Shown here: in pieces, positions 26,230-32,000 of the stretch
How the letters are laid out: each line of letters begins with the position of its first letter
Position numbering within the stretch: position 1 is the stretch's first letter
DNA from: an uncultured Chitinophagaceae bacterium
GTDB taxonomy: Bacteria > Bacteroidota > Ignavibacteria > UBA10030 > UBA8401
NCBI GenBank assembly: GCA_964361075.1
Contig: CAYHZL010000012.1
Coordinates: 3,300-35,299, forward strand
Reading direction: 5' to 3'
DNA: 32,000 nucleotides
The notes under the pieces: generated by a model
What the model was told of the DNA's origin: nothing
What the model saw: the letters and a program-made list of their open reading frames with translations, nothing else
Databases searched by the model: none
Translations under genes and position numbers: made by a program

Positions 26230-27286
26230 TAATAATTTCTTCGCGTTCTTCGAGTTGTTTTACCACTTCAACAATACGAGTCTGCGCTTGTTCAACATCG
26301 CGCAGCCGAACCGGACCCATAAACTCTATTTCTTCTTTCAACATATCCACTGCACGTTCGGACATGTTCTTGTACACCTTATCACGCAATTTATTGTCGG
26401 CAACTTTAAGGGACAATGCCAAATCTTTTTTATCAACTTCGCGCAGGATGCGTTGAATGCCTTTATCATCAATGAAAACAATATCTTCGAAGAGGAACAT
26501 CAGCCGTTTGATTTCTGCTGCAAGCTGCGCATCGCGTTGTTCGATATTTTCCAACACATTTTTTGCTGTTACTGTAGCGCTCTTATTCAAAATAGCCGCT
26601 ACTGATTTTGCGCCGCCGATAGTCGTAACGCTTTGGTTCATTGCCGATTGCGCAACTTCATCCAACACGACTTCGATTTCTTTTAAAATCGCAGGAGCAA
26701 CTTTGCCGAGCGTTGCAATTCTATACGATACATCGGTTCGTAATTCTTCCGGAAACTCCATCAACACTTGTGCGGTCTGTTCCGGCAAAATATTTGAGAG
26801 AATCAATGCAATGGTTTGCGGATGTTCTTTTACAAGAAAGCTCGCCAGTTGCTGCGGGTCTGTTTGACGCAGCATTGCAAAGCCATGCACATGTGTTAGC
26901 GATTTCACTTTATCGAGAATGTCGGCTGCCTTCAAATTTCCAAAAGATTTTTCCAATAGCGACTGAGCATAATCAAAACCACCTTGCACAACAAATTCGC
27001 GAGCGGTGGTCATCTCATGAAACTCTCGCATCACATCGTCTGAAACTGTTGCCGAAATTCCTTTCATGCCGCTAATTTCAACGGTGATGCGCTCGACTTC
27101 AAACGGATCGAGTTCCTTAAAAATGCGCGTTGCCGATTCTACATCCAGCGAGATTAAAAACAGCGCCGCTTTTTGGTAGCCTGTTAATTCTCGTTTAATA
27201 AGTTTGCTGCCCGCTACACTGCGGCGTTCAGCTTCTTTTTTTATTAAACTTTCAGTTTCGACTGTTGGTTTTTCATCCGTTGGCAT
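26192..27286 (-). CDS. fliG: Flagellar motor switch protein FliG
   Basis: Typical LTGYQKAALFLISL and a C-terminal MGPVRLRDVEQAQTRIV. ATG at 27286 overlaps the fliF stop by 14 nt. The longest ORF starts at 27319. Confidence 0.93.
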   Translation of the reverse strand: MPTDEKPTVETESLIKKEAERRSVAGSKLIKRELTGYQKAALFLISLDVESATRIFKELDPFEVERITVEISGMKGISATVSDDVMREFHEMTTAREFVVQGGFDYAQSLLEKSFGNLKAADILDKVKSLTHVHGFAMLRQTDPQQLASFLVKEHPQTIALILSNILPEQTAQVLMEFPEELRTDVSYRIATLGKVAPAILKEIEVVLDEVAQSAMNQSVTTIGGAKSVAAILNKSATVTAKNVLENIEQRDAQLAAEIKRLMFLFEDIVFIDDKGIQRILREVDKKDLALSLKVADNKLRDKVYKNMSERAVDMLKEEIEFMGPVRLRDVEQAQTRIVEVVKQLEEREEIIIARSGGGEELFV

Positions 27287-28868
27287 TTTGTAACCAGAGT
27301 TTAATGACTTTTGAAGCATCGGCTGGACGATCTTTTACATAGTCCACGACGCGTTTCTTACGTTCTTCCCGGACAAGTGTTTCTGTAGGAATAATATCAG
27401 CATCTTCAAGTGCTTCAAGCTGCAATGCAATTTCAGCTTCCATTTCTTCTTTACTTTTCCTCGATGCTCTCGTTGCGCCGCTAATCTGTTGTACCGCATT
27501 ATTTACATATTCTTCCTTCACATCAAAATAATTTCCAACAACGACACGGCGCGATTTTATTCTGCCAATTAACATGAAGAGAATTACCGCCGCAGCAACC
27601 ATTGCCGCGATAAGTACCACACGTTCGACAATTCGTTCGTTCTGCATTATACCCTCGGGCTTCTGCACAAACTCTTCATCGGCTAAACGATTATCGAACG
27701 GAAGATTCACAAATGAGATTTCGTCGTTACGGCGAAGATCAAATCCGACCGCACGTTTTACAATATCTGTAAGTTGTGTAACCTGTTCTGCCGGACGCGG
27801 CTCATATTGAATTTCTTGTTTGCCGTTGACTTCAATTTTTTTGTTCACACCGTTAATTAACACTGCAACGGTAAGACGATTAATGTTGCCGCTCCCTTGC
27901 ACAAGGTGATCGATTGTTTTGTTGATTTCGTAATTTGTTACTGCATTAGAACGCGTTGAAGGCGGAAGCGAATCGGACATCACCGATTTTTCTTCAGTAG
28001 CTTGTTCGCTGCGTATCACTTGTCCATCCGGATCGTATTGTTCCGTAGTGCGCTCTACCTGATTAAAATTTAATTCCGCAGTAACACGAACAATGGAATT
28101 ATTATTTCCAACAATACCATCCAACATGGATTGCGCTTTTTGCGCGAGATAATTTTCAACTTTGTGTTGAAGTTCGTACTGCGTGGAAGATAACGACGCC
28201 AGTGAATTTGATTCGGAATTATTGGAAAGAATATCTCCGCGCGAATCCATGATTGTAACATTTTTGGAGTCCATTCCTTCAACACTGCTCGATACCAGAT
28301 GAGCAATGCCGTCCACATTTTCAGATTTCATGCGCTGTCCGCGCAGTTTCAACACCACAGACGCCGTCGCATTTTTCTGATCTTCTTTGAATAATGTTTT
28401 TTCGGGAATAACGATATGCACGCGCGCACCTTCTACTTCATCAATTGTAATAATCGTGCGTGCAAGTTCGCCTTCCAGCGCGCGGCGATAGTTTAATTTT
28501 TGTACAAAATCTGACGCGCCAAGATTTGTCTTGTCGAAAATTTCATACCCGACAGTGCTCGATTGCAGCAATCCTTCGCCTGCCATTGAAAGACGCAAAT
28601 CGTACAACTGATCTTTGGGAACAAGAACTGTTTTTCCATCGTCTTCAAGTTTATAAGAAACTTTTTTTTCTTTCAGGCGGTCAACAATTTTTGATGCATC
28701 TTGCGGATGCAGATTGGTAAACAATGTTACATACGTCGGCTTGCTCATCATGCTCACGAGAAAGAAAATAAGAACGAGCGCACCAAGGCTTACGCCGCCG
28801 ATGAGAATTTTTTGTTGAAGCGTTAATTGTTGCATTAACGCACGTGATTGTTCGTTGAGTGAATTCAT
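27273..28868 (-). CDS. fliF: Flagellar MS-ring protein FliF
   Basis: 531 aa with an N-terminal TM segment, YscJ/FliF ring-building motifs and a second TM segment near the C-terminus. Confidence 0.94.
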   Translation of the reverse strand: MNSLNEQSRALMQQLTLQQKILIGGVSLGALVLIFFLVSMMSKPTYVTLFTNLHPQDASKIVDRLKEKKVSYKLEDDGKTVLVPKDQLYDLRLSMAGEGLLQSSTVGYEIFDKTNLGASDFVQKLNYRRALEGELARTIITIDEVEGARVHIVIPEKTLFKEDQKNATASVVLKLRGQRMKSENVDGIAHLVSSSVEGMDSKNVTIMDSRGDILSNNSESNSLASLSSTQYELQHKVENYLAQKAQSMLDGIVGNNNSIVRVTAELNFNQVERTTEQYDPDGQVIRSEQATEEKSVMSDSLPPSTRSNAVTNYEINKTIDHLVQGSGNINRLTVAVLINGVNKKIEVNGKQEIQYEPRPAEQVTQLTDIVKRAVGFDLRRNDEISFVNLPFDNRLADEEFVQKPEGIMQNERIVERVVLIAAMVAAAVILFMLIGRIKSRRVVVGNYFDVKEEYVNNAVQQISGATRASRKSKEEMEAEIALQLEALEDADIIPTETLVREERKKRVVDYVKDRPADASKVIKLWLQNANG

Positions 28869-28872
28869 AGTG

Positions 28873-29181
28873 TTATACCGGCAATCTCATTAATTCGCGA
28901 TACGCATCAATTGTTTTATTTCGAATTTCAACCAGCAGATCAAAACTGGTGCGTGCTTTTTCAGCCGCAATCATTACGTCGTGCACCTCCGTACCATCGC
29001 CCGAAGAAAAATCCTGCACAGCTTTTCCTGCTTCATTCTGCAGTGTGTTTACATCAGCAATAAATGTTTTCAACGTATCGCCAAAAGTTACCGGCGATTC
29101 CGGAGATGGTGTGTGTGCGTGTGAAGACGTGTGTTCCAAAAATGGATTCACGCTTCTTGCTTGTAGTTCGGATGCTTTCAT
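28873..29181 (-). CDS. fliE: Flagellar hook-basal body complex protein FliE
   Basis: C-terminal VEIRNKTIDAYRELMRLPV is typical of FliE. Confidence 0.9.
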   Translation of the reverse strand: MKASELQARSVNPFLEHTSSHAHTPSPESPVTFGDTLKTFIADVNTLQNEAGKAVQDFSSGDGTEVHDVMIAAEKARTSFDLLVEIRNKTIDAYRELMRLPV

Positions 29182-29183
29182 AG

Positions 29184-29438
29184 TTAGCTCTTTGAGTCAA
29201 TAATAGTTCCCAATTGGGATGCTTGTGTGTTTCCGTTTTTTGCATATACTCCATAACGAGCAATTTCTTTTGCTTGTATTGGATAGATATTTGAAAAATA
29301 TTTTTTTTCTTCTTGCGAGAACATTGCTGCTTCTGTTTTTACCGATTGCAATTTTTCAGCCGGCGCTTTTTTAATAACCGCCGAAGTGCGTTGAACACTT
29401 GCCGAATCTGAAATTGAATGTATTGCTGAAAGTTCCAT
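29184..29438 (-). CDS. Hypothetical 84-aa protein inserted between flgC and fliE
   Basis: GAGGGAAA RBS lies 6 nt before the ATG. Its stop is 2 nt from the fliE ATG. It has no TM segment and I recognise no family. Confidence 0.55.
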   Translation of the reverse strand: MELSAIHSISDSASVQRTSAVIKKAPAEKLQSVKTEAAMFSQEEKKYFSNIYPIQAKEIARYGVYAKNGNTQASQLGTIIDSKS

Positions 29439-29455
29439 GATCGTTTCCCTCGTTC

Positions 29456-29590
29456 GTAACTACTCACCGTGCCTTTAAAGTCATGCCATGAATTACTTTT
29501 TGATTCGCCGCGGCGAATAAAACTTGTCCCGAAGTGTCCCAAAGGTCACGAAGTGATGGCTTAGCCACTCATGGCATGACTGAGTAGATA
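29456..29590. repeat. Palindromic element G (long form of F, with an inserted module shared with A)
   Basis: gtaactactcaccgtgcctttaaagtcatgccatga (29456-29491) pairs with actcatggcatgactgagtagata (29567-29590). Internal perfect palindrome attcgccgcggcgaat (29503-29518). A 25-nt module at 29537-29561 is 24/25 identical to the reverse complement of 2601-2625. Confidence 0.85.
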
Positions 29591-29599
29591 CTCTCGTTC

Positions 29600-30112
29600 T
29601 TACATTTCAAGGGCATCTTTTGCCATTTGTTTGCCGGCGCTGATTGCTGTAACATTTGCTTCATATCCGCGCGATGCAGTCATCATATCCACCATTTCCG
29701 TAACAATGTTTACGTTCGGCATTTTTACATAGCCTTGTTCATCTGCATCGGGATGCGACGGCTCGTATACTTTTTTGAATGGCGATGAATCCATGCTCTG
29801 GTTGGCATTTACTTCATACATTGTTTCAGAGAACGAAGCATTTTTCATCGAACCATTACCAAACGATACACCGCTGGATGCGCCAACAAGCGGAACAACC
29901 ATATCATTTTCTAACGGTGCTGTATGGAATGCAGGACTACTGTGTTTTGAAGATTGAAGCGTTACAATTTGGCGCCGGTATGGTTGACCATTTTCACCTT
30001 TTGTCGTTTCGGCATTTGCAATGTTTTCCGAAATAATATTCATCCGCTTACGTTGTGCGCGCAAACCCGACGTGCTGACATTAATAGCAGAAAAACTCAG
30101 ATCAGTTTTCAT
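29600..30112 (-). CDS. flgC: Flagellar basal-body rod protein FlgC
   Basis: N-terminal SGLRAQRKRMNIISENIANAETT and a C-terminal rod-protein motif. Confidence 0.94.
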   Translation of the reverse strand: MKTDLSFSAINVSTSGLRAQRKRMNIISENIANAETTKGENGQPYRRQIVTLQSSKHSSPAFHTAPLENDMVVPLVGASSGVSFGNGSMKNASFSETMYEVNANQSMDSSPFKKVYEPSHPDADEQGYVKMPNVNIVTEMVDMMTASRGYEANVTAISAGKQMAKDALEM

Positions 30113-30540
30113 CCGTTACCTCCAGTTATACTTTTACGAAGACTTCTAAATGAATCAGCCATCATGCGTGATGCCATTTTAAAGCGAAGCTGATTCTGTG
30201 CGAGTTCCGACATTTCATAATCAATATCTACGTTGTTCACACCGCTGATTGACTTGTCGCCTCCTTGCGGTTCGCTCACTCGTATTCCCATTTCTTCAGG
30301 ATCGGCAGTATTAATAGCAAAATGCTGTTGACTTGTTTCCATTCCTGTTAATGGTATAATGCCGCCAAGTTTCCGCGCCGCCGAAAGTTGATTTTCGAAA
30401 TTAACCTCTTGCCGCTTGTATCCTGTCGTACCAATATTTGCAATATTTGAAGCAATGGCTTTATGCCGGTGATCGTACAATTGCAACATCTTATCCAGCA
30501 GCGGTATTTTTGTTTTTGAAAAAAGAAAATTGTCTAACAT
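30109..30540 (-). CDS. flgB: Flagellar basal-body rod protein FlgB
   Basis: RHKAIASNIANIGTTGYKRQEVNFE motif. ATGA overlap with flgC. Confidence 0.93.
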   Translation of the reverse strand: MLDNFLFSKTKIPLLDKMLQLYDHRHKAIASNIANIGTTGYKRQEVNFENQLSAARKLGGIIPLTGMETSQQHFAINTADPEEMGIRVSEPQGGDKSISGVNNVDIDYEMSELAQNQLRFKMASRMMADSFRSLRKSITGGNG

Positions 30541-30543
30541 CGT

Positions 30544-30690
30544 TTATACTCCAAAAATATCGTCGTATTTGTGAGAGTCCGTTGATTGTTTTTGTGCTTC
30601 TTCTTTTTTTGTGAAAAAAAATGCAGCCGCTGCAAGTACACCCGCTAGCGCTGTAAAAATTCCTAACTTTCCTAAACCGATTGATTTCAT
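30544..30690 (-). CDS. 48-aa single-pass membrane smORF immediately upstream of flgB (absent from the supplied ORF track, which lists nothing under 60 aa)
   Basis: My hand translation is MKSIGLGKLGIFTALAGVLAAAAFFFTKKEEAQKQSTDSHKYDDIFGV. GGAGA lies 4 nt before the ATG. The TAA stop is 3 nt before the flgB ATG. The ORF lies downstream of the promoter candidate at 30723-30739. Confidence 0.5.
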   Translation of the reverse strand: MKSIGLGKLGIFTALAGVLAAAAFFFTKKEEAQKQSTDSHKYDDIFGV

Positions 30691-30722
30691 TGCGTCTCCG
30701 ATATACTTTTTAGTGCAAAGAA

Positions 30723-30739
30723 TTACAACTATAATGCCA
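30723..30739 (-). promoter_or_regulatory. Sigma-54-like promoter candidate upstream of smORF-flgB (TGGCAT-N5-TTGTAA)
   Basis: The minus strand reads ttctcTGGCATtatagTTGTAAtt, ending 33 nt before the smORF ATG. Confidence 0.5.
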
Positions 30740-30990
30740 GAGAAAGTTATCGAAAAGAATAAGGAAATTGGGTGTATGCGAGGTAATGACGCGGGTAGAT
30801 TGGCTATTATTCAACAAGTGAAACGTATTAAACAAAAGCTATAAGGATGAAAATAATTTGCTATGAGTGGTATTGCTTACTGGAAAATTTCAGAAAAAAA
30901 ATTGTAACTCCTAAGTAACTCACATCGTAAGTTACTCTTTTTGAAAAAAATTCGCCGAAGGCGTACTGAACGCGCTCCTCACCCAATAAC

Positions 30991-31091
30991 ATTAACCACG
31001 GATTACACAGAAAAAACACGGATTCACACAGAGAAGTTAAATACTTTAATCCGTGAACATCAGTGATGCTTCCGTGTTATCCGTGGTTAAT
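30991..31091. repeat. Palindromic element H (CACGGAT-box family); probable terminator of the DUF342 gene
   Basis: attaaccacggattacacag (30991-31010) pairs with ccgtgttatccgtggttaat (31072-31091). Inner 8-bp stem cacggatt (31017-31024) / aatccgtg (31049-31056), followed on the minus strand by T6 (31011-31016). Confidence 0.7.
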
Positions 31092-31130
31092 TTCATTTGA
31101 ACGTTTTTTACGCTGATTAATTACAAAAAA

Positions 31131-32000
31131 TTACTTGATCGCTCCCCTTACCAATCCATCAACTCCTAAGTGGAATTGTGTTGCATGGACTGTTTCACTG
31201 AGAACTTCCTTGATACCATTAAAATCAATCATAACATTTTCGAAAATAGATTCGTACACGATCAATTTCGCTTCATGTTTTTCTTTCAACTGTTGTTGAA
31301 GCGCTGGAATTTCCGCCTTAATCTGGTCGAGGCGGTGAGGTATTTGTTCTTTCATCGCCCGAAGTTTATTTAATGTGAGTTGCTGATCTGCATGTAAAGT
31401 GCCTTGATCAATTTTCAGACGGCTAAGTTTATAGATACCGTCGGTAATTTTGGGAAGATTTGCCTTAAGTTGTTCTTCTTCTTTATTTAAAGCATTCAAC
31501 AATTGAAGTATTTTTTTTCTGTTGCCCAGATAAATTTTTGTCAGTTGCGCTTCAGAATCACCAATAGTTAATGCAATAATTTCTGCTCCTGCTTTTGCCG
31601 TACCGCCAACAATACGTGCGGATGGAGATTGTATTTTATTGCCGGCAATAAGTTCGGCACTCAATGCTTCTACTGCAATGGTGATTGTATCTTTTGCTTC
31701 AACAATTTGTCCATTGATAGAATTGATAACGACATTGCGTGCGGTGATTTTACCTTTTCCAGCACCGAGAAACGATTGATGAACCGTTACCGTATCACTT
31801 GCGGTAATTTCCGATTCATACACAGAGCCGAGTATTTCTATGTTTCCAATAACATTCAAGACAACACCGGAATCTACATTGCCTGTAATTTTTAAATTAC
31901 CATTGCATTGCAACGGTGTTTTCGATTGAGAAATATCGCCATTAAAAGAAAAACCGGTCGGTGTCTTTTGCAATTGATGTAAAAATATATCTTGGGTCAT
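31131..32000 (-). CDS. DUF342/FapA-like (flagellar assembly protein A family) protein; 5' end at or beyond the window edge
   Basis: Beta-helix-like repeated G/N/V-rich segment followed by a coiled coil (LNKEEEQLKANL..QQQLKEKHE) and a C-terminal conserved block, as in DUF342. The ORF runs to base 32000. Confidence 0.65.
   Translation of the reverse strand: MTQDIFLHQLQKTPTGFSFNGDISQSKTPLQCNGNLKITGNVDSGVVLNVIGNIEILGSVYESEITASDTVTVHQSFLGAGKGKITARNVVINSINGQIVEAKDTITIAVEALSAELIAGNKIQSPSARIVGGTAKAGAEIIALTIGDSEAQLTKIYLGNRKKILQLLNALNKEEEQLKANLPKITDGIYKLSRLKIDQGTLHADQQLTLNKLRAMKEQIPHRLDQIKAEIPALQQQLKEKHEAKLIVYESIFENVMIDFNGIKEVLSETVHATQFHLGVDGLVRGAIK

Noticed and set aside
30611-30844. 77-aa plus-strand ORF upstream of flgB.
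   Set aside because: It has a GTG start with no RBS. It overlaps a better-supported minus-strand smORF (RBS, TM helix, 3-nt coupling to flgB) and contains the promoter-like motif.
2489-31091. Whether the recurring palindromes form a CRISPR array or mark an IS/transposon.
   Set aside because: The repeats are dispersed one per intergenic gap, not regularly spaced, and are themselves inverted repeats. No cas gene, transposase or integrase ORF is in the window. Non-autonomous MITE/REP-like elements are the simpler explanation.
7229-32000. A novel multi-gene system (defence, secretion or other) hidden in the minus-strand block.
   Set aside because: Every ORF of 100 aa or more in this block is assignable to a known flagellar family or to HDOD/DUF342. 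Only the 84-aa and 48-aa ORFs are unassigned, and both look like flagellar operon accessories rather than an independent system.

Overview
The window holds two blocks. Block 1 (plus strand, 1-7064) is the 3' part of a DUF486/DMT-like membrane gene that looks frameshifted, followed by a TetR - TolC-like OMF - MFP adaptor - RND permease efflux operon. Block 2 (minus strand, about 7229-32000) is a large flagellar type III secretion, basal body and hook super-operon. Its order matches the Firmicutes/Spirochaete fla/che operon: (48-aa smORF)-flgB-flgC-(orf84)-fliE-fliF-fliG-fliH-fliI-fliJ-MgtE_N protein-fliK-flgD-TIGR02530-like-flgE | fliL-fliM-fliN-fliO-fliP-fliQ-fliR-flhB-flhA-flhF-flhG. An HDOD gene lies after flhG and a DUF342/FapA-like gene lies upstream. 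motAB, flbD, cheY and fliA are not in the window. I found no cas genes, transposase, phage or defence-like genes, and no convincing new multi-gene system. The features that gene calls do not explain are: (i) at least eight intergenic composite palindromic MITE/REP-like elements that share modules and termini, several sitting between genes inside operons; (ii) a motif present three times, TGGCAY-N5-TTGTAA, at sigma-54 spacing but with GT instead of GC at -12, upstream of flgB, fliK and fliL; (iii) two small uncharacterised ORFs in the normally invariant flgB-flgC-fliE block. The host may be an FCB-group or Ignavibacteria-like organism, but this is a low-confidence guess.
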